Assembly: GCA_038245905.1 (NCBI GenBank)
Contig: JBBRRY010000001.1
Coordinates: forward strand, 282,951 to 346,950
Source of the DNA: Thermoanaerobaculia bacterium
GTDB lineage: Bacteria > Acidobacteriota > Thermoanaerobaculia > UBA5066
Length of the DNA stretch: 64,000 nucleotides
Reading direction: 5' to 3'
This document shows positions 22,025 through 32,250 of this stretch, in pieces (the first letter of the stretch is position 1; every line of letters begins with the position of its first letter). Under the pieces are notes generated by a model. It saw only the letters and a program-made list of their open reading frames with translations, had not been told where the DNA came from and did no database searches. Both the position numbers and the translations under genes were made by a program.

Positions 22025-24823
22025 ATGAAGACCCGGAACGAGGGCGCGGTTCGCGCGAAGGGCGTCCTTCACCCGTGGCAGAGGCGTCTCTACGTGTTGC
22101 TGCTCGTGCCTCTCGGGCTGATGGCGGCGAACTCGATCTATCTCGTCGCCTTCACGAAGTACTCCTCGTTCTTCATGGCGATGCTGCTCATGCACCTGGT
22201 GCTGGGCCTCCTCATCGCGATTCCGTTCCTCGTCTTCGCCTTCACGCACGGGGCGCGGATGCTGGCAAACATCCGGAACCGGAAGGCGAAGGCCGCGGGA
22301 ATCACGATCGTCTGCCTGGCGCTCCTGTGTATCGGCTCAGGGATCACGATGGCGTGGAAGGGCGCGACGCTTACGAATCGCCCGATCTATTTCGCGCACG
22401 TCTTGGCGATCCCGGTCGCCCTCGTCGCGTTCATCCTCCACCGCCGCGCGGCCGTCCACAAGCTGCACCTCCGGCGCCTCTTCCAGTGGGGCGGCGCGGT
22501 GGCCGCGTTTCTCGCCGGCATGGCGGTGCTCCACAAGCTGGAGAAGCCGCCGCAGCGCATCGTGAACCGGGAAGGCGACACGCAGTTCTTCCTCTCGTCC
22601 GCCGAGACGTTCGATCAGGGCCTTCTGGACGGGAAGAAGCTCGCCGCGAACACATACTGCCAGGACTGCCACCCCGACTCCTTCAAGCGCTGGGAGAAGT
22701 CCGCCCACCGCTTCTCGTCTTTCAACAACCCGTTCTACCGCCGCTCCGTCGAGCTGATGGCCGACCGCGTGGGCCGCGAGAAGACGAAGTGGTGCGCCGG
22801 CTGCCACGACCCCGTCGTCCTGTTCACCGGCCAGATGGGAAAGGCCACGATGGCCTCGTTCTCGTACGACCAGTTCGAGGCGCAGCAGGGGCTGACGTGC
22901 ATGGCTTGCCACTCGATCGCCGAGGTCAAGGATGTCCGCGGGAACGGCGGGTACGTGGTGGAGGAGAGCAAGCAGTACCCCTTTGCCTTTGCGGACAGCA
23001 AGGTCCTGAAAGAGGTCAACAAGCTCCTCATCCGCATGGAGCCGTCGCTCCATCGGCAGACGTTCATGAAACCGTTCATGCGCACGCCCGAGTTCTGCGC
23101 GACGTGCCACAAGGTCAGCCTCCTTCCGCCGATGAACGAGTACCGCTGGCTGCGCGGCCAGAACCATTTCGATTCGTGGCAGGACTCGGGCGTGTCCGGC
23201 TACGCCGTGCGCTCCTTCTACGACCCGCTGAAGGCGAAGGCCTGCCGCGACTGCCACCTGCCGCTCATGCCCTCCCAGGAATTCGGGAACCAGGCTGGCA
23301 TGCTCCACGACCACCTCTTCCCCGCCGCGAACACGGCCCTTCCCGCGATAAGGGGAGACAAGGAAACCGTCGAAGAGATTCGTAGAAAGGTATTGGTCGG
23401 ATCGCTTTCCATCGATGTCTTCGGTTTGAAGCGAGGCAACGAGGTCGTTCCGCTTGGGCCGGCTCTGCCCTCACTTCGCCCCGGGGAGATGGTGGACGTC
23501 GAAGTCGTCGTGAGGACGCGCACGCTCGGGCACCCCTATACGAACGGCACGGCCGACAGTAACGAGTCCTGGGTCGAGTTTCACGCGAAGAACGGCGAGC
23601 GGAGCCTCATGGAGTCCGGCACGCTCGACGCCGCGAGGCGGCTCGATCCGGCATCCAGCAAGCTGAATCAGCTCGTGATCGCCCACGACGGGACGCCGAT
23701 GGACCGCCGCCAGCCGCAGGACATTCACGTCCCGCTCTACAACAACGCGATCGGACCCGGCGCCGCGCGCGTCGTCCACTACCGCTTCAAGGTGCCGACC
23801 GACGCGAAGGGATCCGTGACGCTTTCGGCATCGGCGAACTACCGCAAGTTCTCGCGCGACTACTCGATCTTCGTCCACGGCAAGGACGCGATCGACCTTC
23901 CCGTCACGCGCATCTCGACGGACTCGGTCACGCTCCCTGTCGCGCCGGCTCCCGAAGGGACTCTCGCGGCCGACGTGAAGCGCGGAAACCCCGACTGGCC
24001 CGAGAAGGGCTGGATCCGCTGGAACGACTACGGCATCGGGCTTCTCCTGCAGGGAGACCTCAGGGGCGCATCCCAGGCCTTCGCGAAAGTTGCGGAGCTC
24101 GCGAAAGACAAGCCGGATGGTCCGCTGAACCTTGCCCGCGCGAAAATCCAGGAAGGCGACCTGCCCGCCGCGAAAGCCGCGCTCGCCGAAGCCGAGACGC
24201 GCCGCCCGGGATGGCCGAAGACGGCCTACTTCCGATCTCTCGCTTCCAAGGAAGAGGGCCGTCTCGACGACGCCCTCGCGGACCTCGAACACGTGGACCA
24301 GAAGTTCCCGAAGGACCGTGTCGTCCTGAACCAGAGGGCGCGCGTCCTCTATCTCGCGGGCCGTTACGCCGACGCTCTCCCCTTCATCGACCGTGTCCTC
24401 GCGATCGACGGCGAGGACCTGGCCGCTCACTACAACGCGATGCTCTGCCTCAGGGCCCTCGGCCGCGCCACCGAAGCCGCCGCCGAGGAGAAGTGGTACC
24501 GCTACTTCAAGGACGACGAGTCGTCACGGGCCGTTCTCGCCGACTACCGAAGAACGCATCCGTTCGACAACCGCGAATCCCTCCCGGTGCACGTCCACGA
24601 CGAGCCTCTTCCGGCGAAGGCCGGGGAGCCGTCCTGGATCGCGGAGATCGGACCGAAAGGCTACGAGTACAAGGGCTACGCGCCGAAGAACGAGATGGTC
24701 CTGAAGGACGATCGGCCCGTCGGCGCCCCGCGCCCGTTCGCGCGCCCGGAGACGCCGAAAACGGCGACGGGAAAGAAGGCCGCGGGGTCGGTTCCCGTCG
24801 CCGTCATCCAGATTCCCGAGTGA
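22025..24823 (+). CDS. Membrane-anchored pentaheme cytochrome c with C-terminal TPR repeats
   Basis: About five N-terminal TM helices; CQDCH, CAGCH, CMACH, CATCH, CRDCH; TPRs begin at WNDYGIGLL. Confidence 0.88.
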   Translation: MKTRNEGAVRAKGVLHPWQRRLYVLLLVPLGLMAANSIYLVAFTKYSSFFMAMLLMHLVLGLLIAIPFLVFAFTHGARMLANIRNRKAKAAGITIVCLALLCIGSGITMAWKGATLTNRPIYFAHVLAIPVALVAFILHRRAAVHKLHLRRLFQWGGAVAAFLAGMAVLHKLEKPPQRIVNREGDTQFFLSSAETFDQGLLDGKKLAANTYCQDCHPDSFKRWEKSAHRFSSFNNPFYRRSVELMADRVGREKTKWCAGCHDPVVLFTGQMGKATMASFSYDQFEAQQGLTCMACHSIAEVKDVRGNGGYVVEESKQYPFAFADSKVLKEVNKLLIRMEPSLHRQTFMKPFMRTPEFCATCHKVSLLPPMNEYRWLRGQNHFDSWQDSGVSGYAVRSFYDPLKAKACRDCHLPLMPSQEFGNQAGMLHDHLFPAANTALPAIRGDKETVEEIRRKVLVGSLSIDVFGLKRGNEVVPLGPALPSLRPGEMVDVEVVVRTRTLGHPYTNGTADSNESWVEFHAKNGERSLMESGTLDAARRLDPASSKLNQLVIAHDGTPMDRRQPQDIHVPLYNNAIGPGAARVVHYRFKVPTDAKGSVTLSASANYRKFSRDYSIFVHGKDAIDLPVTRISTDSVTLPVAPAPEGTLAADVKRGNPDWPEKGWIRWNDYGIGLLLQGDLRGASQAFAKVAELAKDKPDGPLNLARAKIQEGDLPAAKAALAEAETRRPGWPKTAYFRSLASKEEGRLDDALADLEHVDQKFPKDRVVLNQRARVLYLAGRYADALPFIDRVLAIDGEDLAAHYNAMLCLRALGRATEAAAEEKWYRYFKDDESSRAVLADYRRTHPFDNRESLPVHVHDEPLPAKAGEPSWIAEIGPKGYEYKGYAPKNEMVLKDDRPVGAPRPFARPETPKTATGKKAAGSVPVAVIQIPE

Positions 24824-26910
24824 AGCGTGCTCGTCCGGGAGCCGTCGATTTTCTCGTCTGTCTGATCGTCACCGCGGCGTGGGCGGCGCGCGTCCTGCCC
24901 CGCCTCGACACGCACCTGCGCGATGCTTACGACGCGCAGTTCCAAGCGTGGGGCGTTGCCTGGGTCGGGCACGCGCTGGTCTCCGCTCCGCTCCGCGTTT
25001 TCGACGCGAACATCTTCGCCCCATACCCGAATGCGCTCACCTTCACCGAGCCTCTCATCGGCTACGGGCTCCTCGGGCTTCCGCTGGGTCTCCTCGGGCT
25101 CTCCCCGGTCGCCGTCTTCAACGTCCTCTGTCTCCTCGGGACGGCATTCTCGACCTGGGCGATCTCGCGCCTCGCGATGGCGCACGGCGCCCCGCGCGCC
25201 CCGGCCCTCCTCGGCGCCGCGGCCGCGGTGCTTGGCGCCTCGGCCACTTCGAACTTCGGATACGTCTCGTTCGTCGCCTTTGGGGGTATCGCGCTCCCTC
25301 TCGTCGCCTGGAAGAGCCTCCGTGAGAACGGTCGATGGGGATCCGCCGCCGCCCTCGCCGGCGCCCTCGCCGGACTCGCGTGGTTTTCCCTCCAGCTCTT
25401 CGCGTTCGGACTCGCGGCCCTCGCCGCCGTCGTCGCCGCCGACGCGGTGACGCAGCGGGAGACGCGCCGCCTCTCTCTTCTCAAAAAGCTGGCTGCTTCG
25501 CTCGCGCTCGCGGCCTTACTCATCGCCCCGCTCGCGTTTCACATGCTCGAGGCGCGGCGGGATCACGGCTTCCAGCGGGACGACGCGGAGAGCCGCCTCT
25601 TCTCCGCGTCGCCGAAGGACTGGCTCACGACGACGAACGAGAATCCGGGGCAATCGTTCCTGACGTGCCGCAGCGACTCCGAGAGGAGCCTGTATCCGGG
25701 GACGGTCGCGCTTCTTTTGAGCGCTCTCGGTTTTCTTGCGTTTTTCGGAACAAAGAGAAACGTCCGCAACGGAAGTCTCATTGCCGCGGGTGCGCTCCTC
25801 GCGGCGCTCGGCATCGCGGGCTCGTTCGGCCCCGCGGGCCCCGCCGTCCCCGTCCTCAAGGTCGTCTTTCCGTTCGTCTTCTCGGGCATCCGGGGATTCA
25901 CGCGCTTCGCGATGGTCGCCCAGATCGGTTTCGGCCTCCTCGCCGCCGCGGGCTGCGCCGCAGTGCTCGACCGGGCGCGCACCCGCGGCGTTCGCGCCGC
26001 CGTCGCTACGGCGCTCGCTCTCGGAATCGCATGTGACGTGCGACAGACCGTACGCTGGACGACTCGGCCCGAGCTGCCGCAGGCGCCGGTCGATCAGTTC
26101 CTCGCTCGTTCGGACACGGGCGGGCCGATTCTCCACGTGCCGCTGTACCACTCGCCGGGCGACACGCGATGGGTGTTCTCCAGCCTCGCGCACTTCAAAC
26201 CGATCGTGAACGGGTACGCGAGCTACGTGCCCCGGCGAAGCCAGGAGCTCGCCGCGACCCTCGCCGGCGGGAACATTCCGGAGTCCACACTCGCCCGTCT
26301 CAGGGCCTGGCCGGTCGGGACCCTCGTCGTCCACGAGCACGCGCTTCCCCTCGAGCGCCTCGGCCCGACCATGGCGTTCGTCGCACAGGCGCTTCGGTCC
26401 GGCGCGCTCCCCTCACCTCTCCATTTCGACCACCGAGGTGGAGACGACTGGGTCTTCAGTCTGGCCTCAGCGGCCGCGGCATCAAGCACCGGAAAGGAGG
26501 CGCGCCTTTTTCTCGAGCATGCCGACGCGACCCCGGCGATCGGGCGTTTCGAGGAATCGGACTTCCCCGCCTCGATAGACGGGCCGGCCGAAGGCCAGGC
26601 CGTTCACGGTGCCCTCACCGTGCGCGGCTGGAGCCAGGCGCCGGGAGCAATCGGAGCTCCCGCAGCCGCCGCCAAGATCGTCGAGATCCGGATCGACCGC
26701 GACCGGCGAGCCCACGCATCCTTCGCGCGCGCCCCGCGCCCGGACGTCGCCGCCGCGCTCCCCGCGCTCGGGAGCTGCGAGGGGGCCGGCTATGCGGCGG
26801 TATTTCCGATGCTCCCCGGCGACGACGGCCGGCACGACATCCGCGTCGTCTTTCGCGCGGCCGACGGCCGCATGCGCACGCTCAGCCGCACGTTCGAATG
26901 GGAGCCCTAG
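24820..26910 (+). CDS. Polytopic membrane protein, GT-C/YfhO-like glycosyltransferase candidate with a C-terminal Ig-like domain
   Basis: GTG 24820 overlaps the previous stop; FDANIFAPYPNALTFTE, about 11 TMs, HFKPIVNGYASY, IDGP...TVRGW...RPDVAA. Confidence 0.7.
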   Translation: MKRARPGAVDFLVCLIVTAAWAARVLPRLDTHLRDAYDAQFQAWGVAWVGHALVSAPLRVFDANIFAPYPNALTFTEPLIGYGLLGLPLGLLGLSPVAVFNVLCLLGTAFSTWAISRLAMAHGAPRAPALLGAAAAVLGASATSNFGYVSFVAFGGIALPLVAWKSLRENGRWGSAAALAGALAGLAWFSLQLFAFGLAALAAVVAADAVTQRETRRLSLLKKLAASLALAALLIAPLAFHMLEARRDHGFQRDDAESRLFSASPKDWLTTTNENPGQSFLTCRSDSERSLYPGTVALLLSALGFLAFFGTKRNVRNGSLIAAGALLAALGIAGSFGPAGPAVPVLKVVFPFVFSGIRGFTRFAMVAQIGFGLLAAAGCAAVLDRARTRGVRAAVATALALGIACDVRQTVRWTTRPELPQAPVDQFLARSDTGGPILHVPLYHSPGDTRWVFSSLAHFKPIVNGYASYVPRRSQELAATLAGGNIPESTLARLRAWPVGTLVVHEHALPLERLGPTMAFVAQALRSGALPSPLHFDHRGGDDWVFSLASAAAASSTGKEARLFLEHADATPAIGRFEESDFPASIDGPAEGQAVHGALTVRGWSQAPGAIGAPAAAAKIVEIRIDRDRRAHASFARAPRPDVAAALPALGSCEGAGYAAVFPMLPGDDGRHDIRVVFRAADGRMRTLSRTFEWEP

Positions 26911-26989
26911 CGTCGACGCCTCCCTGGCCATCGGCGCCAGGCCTTCCCCCGAACGAGCGCTGATCCCCGCGCGCTGATATCTTTTGCGG

Positions 26990-27616
26990 ATGAAGAATCA
27001 CCTGATCGTCGCGCTGGCCTGCCTTCTCCCGGCGGGCGGGGCCCTCCCGCAGGGGGACCCGGCCGCCATGGAGAAGTGGACGAAGCAGAAGACGATCTTC
27101 TACCACGTGGACGGCGCGTACTCGGGCAAGGCGCTGATCTCGGATCCGAACGGCGGAGCGTGGGCGGACGTCACGGACCGCGTCGTCATGGACTTCGAGT
27201 GGGACTTCATCAACATGAAGCTCGGGCGCGTCCTCAAGCTCGAGAACTTCCCGACAAAGACGGCGAACGTACGGCAGGGCGAGTCAAAGTGCGCACCCCC
27301 GGTCCCGCGCGGCGCGTACGAGCACTGGACGGTCCTCGCGCTCGCCGACGGGCTCTCGGGTCAGGCCGAGATGAAGGTCGAGACGACGATCCCCGACGTC
27401 GACACCCCCCAGCTCTGCACCGGGAAGCCGAAGCTCTTCAAGGGCAAGAAGGCGGTCCATCCCGAAGAGCTCAACGTCCTCTCCCCCGTCCTCTTCACGA
27501 TGCCGTTCTCCGCTTCGAGCGGCATGGCGGTCTCCGCCGACAAGAAGTCCCTCATCCTGAAGAAGAACGGCTGGACCTGGACGTTCACGCCGACCCTGAC
27601 GAAGCCGCCGGCCTGA
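26990..27616 (+). CDS. Exported hypothetical protein
   Basis: Signal-peptide-like MKNHLIVALACLLPAGGA; typical codon usage; two Cys in the mature part. Confidence 0.75.
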   Translation: MKNHLIVALACLLPAGGALPQGDPAAMEKWTKQKTIFYHVDGAYSGKALISDPNGGAWADVTDRVVMDFEWDFINMKLGRVLKLENFPTKTANVRQGESKCAPPVPRGAYEHWTVLALADGLSGQAEMKVETTIPDVDTPQLCTGKPKLFKGKKAVHPEELNVLSPVLFTMPFSASSGMAVSADKKSLILKKNGWTWTFTPTLTKPPA

Positions 27617-28514
27617 CACCCGTTGCCTGGCGCGGTCCTTGCGCCGCGCGCCGCCGCAGGTTCGCCGCGAGCGCGATTCCGCCCACGCACCAGACGCCCA
27701 TCGCGATCTGCCAGAGGTCGCCTTCGACGTCGGCGTGGGCGCCGAGAAGCTCCCGGAGGGCGGGAACGAGGAACCACAGCGCGACGACCGCGGCGATCGC
27801 CGAGGCCCAGAGCGGCGGGACGAGCCGCCACGGATCCTCGCCGGCGGGGCGGTTCCGCGCGCTCCGCGGGCACGCGATGCCCGCGACGAGAGGGACGAGC
27901 ACGATGAGGACGACGGCCGCGAACGGCACCTCGTACCAGACCTTCCAGAACCAGCCCGCGAAACCCGATGGCGCGACGTCGCCGAGCGAGTTCATCGCGG
28001 CGCGCGACGACGCGTCGGGCGGTGAACGGCGCGCGAGCTTCTCGAGGGCGGTCACGGCCGGAGCAGCTGCCATCCCGATGTCGCCGAGCGCAAAGGCCGC
28101 CTGCTGACGAACCCTTTCCACCTCGTGGTCCAGCAGGCCCGTCAGGAGAGGGACCGCGGGAGCGCCGACGAGGCCGAGCATGTACGAAGCAGGGGTCCGC
28201 CCCGTCCAATGCTGAAAGCGCTCGACCACGACCTCCCGGACGACGGTCTCCGGCGTGGACCCGATCGCCTGCCGGAACGCGGCCGCGGCCTTCCCGCTCG
28301 GCCCCTCGTCGAGGAACCTGCCGAGGGCCTCCGCACTCAGCGGCGCTCCCCCTTTTCTCGGAGTCGCGTTCCCGGTCCCGCCCCAGGCCTCGGCCAGGCC
28401 CAGGAGCATGAGGAGGGCGAGATACGGGGTCCAGACGACGAACCAGGGCCTGTCCTCGGCCGGCTGAGGTCGCCGGACACGCGCGGGCTTCGAAGCGGGC
28501 GTTTTGCGCGGCAT
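27585..28514 (-). CDS. Membrane protein with HEAT/PBS-lyase-like repeats
   Basis: AVPLLTGLLDHEVERVRQQAAFALGDIG...AVTALEKL...AAMNSLG; one N-terminal and three C-terminal TMs; SD GAGGAG. Confidence 0.65.
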   Translation of the reverse strand: MPRKTPASKPARVRRPQPAEDRPWFVVWTPYLALLMLLGLAEAWGGTGNATPRKGGAPLSAEALGRFLDEGPSGKAAAAFRQAIGSTPETVVREVVVERFQHWTGRTPASYMLGLVGAPAVPLLTGLLDHEVERVRQQAAFALGDIGMAAAPAVTALEKLARRSPPDASSRAAMNSLGDVAPSGFAGWFWKVWYEVPFAAVVLIVLVPLVAGIACPRSARNRPAGEDPWRLVPPLWASAIAAVVALWFLVPALRELLGAHADVEGDLWQIAMGVWCVGGIALAANLRRRAAQGPRQATGVRPAASSGSA

Positions 28515-28584
28515 CCGGGGCTCCTCTCACGGAAGACGGCGGAAGACGCGCGTCAGCATAGATTGCGGCGACAATATCGGCGCC

Positions 28585-29475
28585 ATGCAGATCCACACTC
28601 TCGACCTCGACTTCTTCCGCGCCGGAACGATCGCTGCGTACCTCGTCGAGTCGGACGGGAATTTCGCGCTCATCGAGACCGGACCCGAGTCCACCTGGCC
28701 GCACCTCGTCGCGGCGCTCGCGAAGCTCGGCGTCAGACCCTCCGACGTGAAAAACGTCCTCGTGACGCACATCCATCTCGACCACGCGGGAGCGGCCTGG
28801 CGGATGGCGCGCGCGGGCGCGAACGTCTGGGTCCACCCGCGCGGCGCGCCACACATGGCCGACCCCTCGAAGCTCCTCGCGTCGGCGAAGCGAATCTACA
28901 AGGACCAGATGGACTCCCTCTGGGGGACGCTCGAGCCCATCCCCGCCGACCGGCTGAGGATCACCGAGGACGGCGCCGACATCCCCGTGGGCAACGCGCG
29001 GATTCGCGTGCTCGAGACGCCGGGGCACGCGATCCACCACAACGCCTACCTCCTCGAGGGGAAGGTCTTCACGGGCGACGTGGGCGGCGTCGCGATCGGC
29101 GACGGCCCGAATCTCCCGCCCACGCCGCCGCCCGACATCGACCTCCCGACGTGGACCCGCTCGATCGAGCGCATCAAGGCCGCGCGCCCGGACGGTTTCT
29201 ACCCGACGCACTTCGGTCTCCACCTCGACGTTGCGCGCCGGATGGACGAGATGATGGAGGAGCTCCACGTGTGGGCGGAATTTGTCCGCGCGCTCCTCGA
29301 CGAAGGCAAGGATGAGGCCGCGATCGTGCCTCTCTTCGAGGCGTGGCTCTCGGCGCGGCTCCTCGCGGCCGGCGTCGGCGAGGACAGCCTCGAGGCCTAC
29401 AGGACCGCGCTCCCCTTCGCGATGAACGTCACGGGGCTCGTGCGGTACTGGAAAGCGGCCGGCAAGGCCGCCTGA
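28585..29475 (+). CDS. MBL-fold metallo-hydrolase
   Basis: THIHLDHAG, TPGHAIHH, FTGD, PTHFG. Confidence 0.92.
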   Translation: MQIHTLDLDFFRAGTIAAYLVESDGNFALIETGPESTWPHLVAALAKLGVRPSDVKNVLVTHIHLDHAGAAWRMARAGANVWVHPRGAPHMADPSKLLASAKRIYKDQMDSLWGTLEPIPADRLRITEDGADIPVGNARIRVLETPGHAIHHNAYLLEGKVFTGDVGGVAIGDGPNLPPTPPPDIDLPTWTRSIERIKAARPDGFYPTHFGLHLDVARRMDEMMEELHVWAEFVRALLDEGKDEAAIVPLFEAWLSARLLAAGVGEDSLEAYRTALPFAMNVTGLVRYWKAAGKAA

Positions 29476-29489
29476 AGCCCGGCGCGACC

Positions 29490-32174
29490 CTACATCCCCG
29501 CCTGCGGCCGGAGGTCGATCGTCGGCTTCGGCTCGTAGTGATTCAGGAAGTCGTTCACGCTCTCCTGCTGCGCGGCCTTGAAGGCGCCGCGAAGCTGGAT
29601 CTGTTCGAGCGACTGCGCGAGATAGCGCGAGCCTCCCATGTACTTCGGCGACTTGTCCTTGAAGAACGCCTCGACCTCCGCCCGGTGAGCGGCGTCGCTG
29701 AAGCCCGAAGCGAGCATCGGGAAGCGGGCGGGCGACTCGCGCGGGAGACGCGCGACGATCCGGTCGAAATTCGCCTGCAGGAACGTCCACGCCTGCCCTC
29801 GCGTTTCCCGGTCCGTCGCGATCTCCCGGAGGATCGCGTTCGACTCGCGCGCGTCGAAGTCCTCCGACAGCGTCGCGTTGAGCGCGGCCGGGACGACCGT
29901 CGGGTCGTGGAATCGGCCGAGCGCCGAAAGGAGGCGCACGCGCTCGCGGCGGTCCACGGCCTTCTTCGCCTGGGCGCGAAACTCCTGGAAAAGCTCCATG
30001 TCGCCGTGCCGCGCGGCGACGTCGAGGACGGAGGGCGCCATCAGAGCGTCGACCGCGCCCCGGTCCTTCAACCAGGCGTTCGCGAGGCGCATCGCGTCGG
30101 CCACGAGAGCCGGCTCGTCGCCCTCGTTCGCGACGAAGGGGACGAGCTCCCCGCGCAGAAGTTGCGTGTCCTCGTCCTCTCCAGGCTTCGCTTTCCAGCC
30201 GAGGGCGTGCGCGCGCGCGCCGAAGACATCGCTCACGAACCGGCGATACCGCGGGCGCATCGCATCGGTGACGAGAAGATCGCGCGGCGCTGCGGCAATC
30301 TTCTGGATCGCCTCGACGACCGGCCGGTCGGGGTCGTTCGCGAACACCGGCACGAGCGCGAGCGCCGTCGCCATCGGGACGTCGCCGCTTCGCGCGAGGG
30401 CGGCCACGTCCGAAAGCGTCGCGACGCGCTCCGACACGGTCAGGTGCCTGCCGCTGTCGGCGAGGATCTTTCCGAGCATGCTGCCCGCGTAGAGAACGCG
30501 GTAGTAACCCGCACCGGCATTCGCGAAGACACGCGCGGGGCAGGCGCCCGGAAGCGCCATCTCGCCCGCTGGCTCCATGAGGAGCATGCAGGTCTTCTCG
30601 GACCCGGGGTCCCCGGTGCGCGCGCAGACGGGCACCCGCCATGTCTCCTTCGTCGATCCCGTCGAACCGGTCGGGAGGAAGCGCTTCTGCGAGAGGAGGA
30701 GCTTCGGCGCGCCGCCCGTGCACACGAGCTCGGCCGTCACGAGAGGGACGCCCGGCTGGTCGAGGAACGAGCGGAAAGCCGGAATGACCGCGGGCGTCTG
30801 CGTCGCCTCCGCGATCGCGGCCACGAAGTCGTCGGCCGTCGCCGTCCCCCAGGCGTAGGCCCTCAGGTAGCGCTGGATACCCTTCCGGAAGCCCTCCTCG
30901 CCGACCCAGCCCTCGAACATCTCGATGACGGCGGCGCCCTTCTGATACGTGATTCCATCGAACGCGCTCACGATGTCGTCGTCTCCTTCGATCGGCTGAC
31001 GGATGCGCCGCGCCGTGACGAGCGAGTCCTGGTCCATCGCGCCCGTCCGCGACGCCGCGCGCTGGACCGCCCAGCTCCATTCGGGCTTCCAGCGATCGAC
31101 GATCTTCGAGCCCATCCACGTCGCGAACGCCTCGTTGAGCCAGATGTCGTTCCACCACGCCGTCGTGACGTAGTCGCCGAACCACTGGTGTGCCGTCTCG
31201 TGCGCGCAGACGCTCGCGTACGCGCGGCGGAAGCGGATCGTCTCGTCGGCGGGCTTCGCGAGGAGGAGGCTCGAGGAATACGTCACGAGCCCCGCGTTCT
31301 CCATGGCGCCGAAGCCGACGGTCTGCGGGATCACGAGGTGGTCGAGCTTCTCGTAGGGATACGGGATGTCGAAGTACGTCTCGAGCACCTCGAGGATCGG
31401 GCCCGTGGAGGCGGCGGCCCAGCGAGCCTCGGCCGCGCGGCCCTTCGGGACGATCATCCTCACCGGCGTCTTGTTGCGGCCGGCGACACCCGCGTTCACG
31501 ACGTCGAAGGGGCCGACGCCGAACGCGACGAGATAGCTCGGGAGAGGCTTCGTCTCGCCGAAGACGAACTTCCGCCCGCCGTCCGCATCAGCGGCCTCCG
31601 ACACGACCGGCGTGTTCGCGACCGCGATCGCTCCCTTCGGGGCGTGGATCGTGAGCTGCCAGGGCGTCTTGTATGAGGGCTCGTCGAAGCAGGGAAACAC
31701 GCGCCGCGCGTAGATCGCCTCGAAGTGGCTGAAGGCGTACCAGTCGGCGCCTTCCTTCTGGCGAAACATGCCTTCCGTGTCCTTCGACTCGATGCGTCCC
31801 GAATACCTGAGGTCGATCTGCCAGAGACCGGGAGAAAGACTTCTTTGAAAGGTGAGACCGACGTAGTTGCTGCCACTCGCGGCCGCGGCGGCGGGGACCG
31901 CCTCGCCCCCTCCCACGGGGTGCGCGGACGCCGACTTCACGTCCAGCTCCTTTGCGTTCAACCAGACCGCGCCCGTCTCCACTTTCAAAGAAATCTCTAT
32001 CGCGATCTTCCCTTCGAACGACTCCTTCGCCGGGTCGATCCACAGCTCGGCGGCGTAGCGCACGGGCGCGGCGCCAGCAGGGAGTCTGAGCTTCGGAGGC
32101 GCGGGGGACTCCGCGTGGACGAGAGCGCTGAATCCGAGCACGGCGGAGAGAAAGACCGAGCCGAGTCTGCTCAT
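29490..32174 (-). CDS. M1 family aminopeptidase with ERAP1-like C-terminal domain, exported
   Basis: GAMEN, HETAH-x18-E (WLNE), YQKG; signal peptide. Confidence 0.94.
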   Translation of the reverse strand: MSRLGSVFLSAVLGFSALVHAESPAPPKLRLPAGAAPVRYAAELWIDPAKESFEGKIAIEISLKVETGAVWLNAKELDVKSASAHPVGGGEAVPAAAAASGSNYVGLTFQRSLSPGLWQIDLRYSGRIESKDTEGMFRQKEGADWYAFSHFEAIYARRVFPCFDEPSYKTPWQLTIHAPKGAIAVANTPVVSEAADADGGRKFVFGETKPLPSYLVAFGVGPFDVVNAGVAGRNKTPVRMIVPKGRAAEARWAAASTGPILEVLETYFDIPYPYEKLDHLVIPQTVGFGAMENAGLVTYSSSLLLAKPADETIRFRRAYASVCAHETAHQWFGDYVTTAWWNDIWLNEAFATWMGSKIVDRWKPEWSWAVQRAASRTGAMDQDSLVTARRIRQPIEGDDDIVSAFDGITYQKGAAVIEMFEGWVGEEGFRKGIQRYLRAYAWGTATADDFVAAIAEATQTPAVIPAFRSFLDQPGVPLVTAELVCTGGAPKLLLSQKRFLPTGSTGSTKETWRVPVCARTGDPGSEKTCMLLMEPAGEMALPGACPARVFANAGAGYYRVLYAGSMLGKILADSGRHLTVSERVATLSDVAALARSGDVPMATALALVPVFANDPDRPVVEAIQKIAAAPRDLLVTDAMRPRYRRFVSDVFGARAHALGWKAKPGEDEDTQLLRGELVPFVANEGDEPALVADAMRLANAWLKDRGAVDALMAPSVLDVAARHGDMELFQEFRAQAKKAVDRRERVRLLSALGRFHDPTVVPAALNATLSEDFDARESNAILREIATDRETRGQAWTFLQANFDRIVARLPRESPARFPMLASGFSDAAHRAEVEAFFKDKSPKYMGGSRYLAQSLEQIQLRGAFKAAQQESVNDFLNHYEPKPTIDLRPQAGM

Positions 32175-32250
32175 TCGCGGACTTTACGATGAAATTTGCC
32201 ACGCCCCTATTGCGATAGCATCGTCGGCCAATGACCATTCAAAGAAATCT
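31837..32250. repeat. Dispersed motif cluster (reverse 31837-31852; forward 31982-31996 and 32236-32250)
   Basis: AGACTTCTTTGAAAGG, CTTTCAAAGAAATCT, and CATTCAAAGAAATCT followed by CCCTTTCTTCTCCTCC. Confidence 0.75.
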
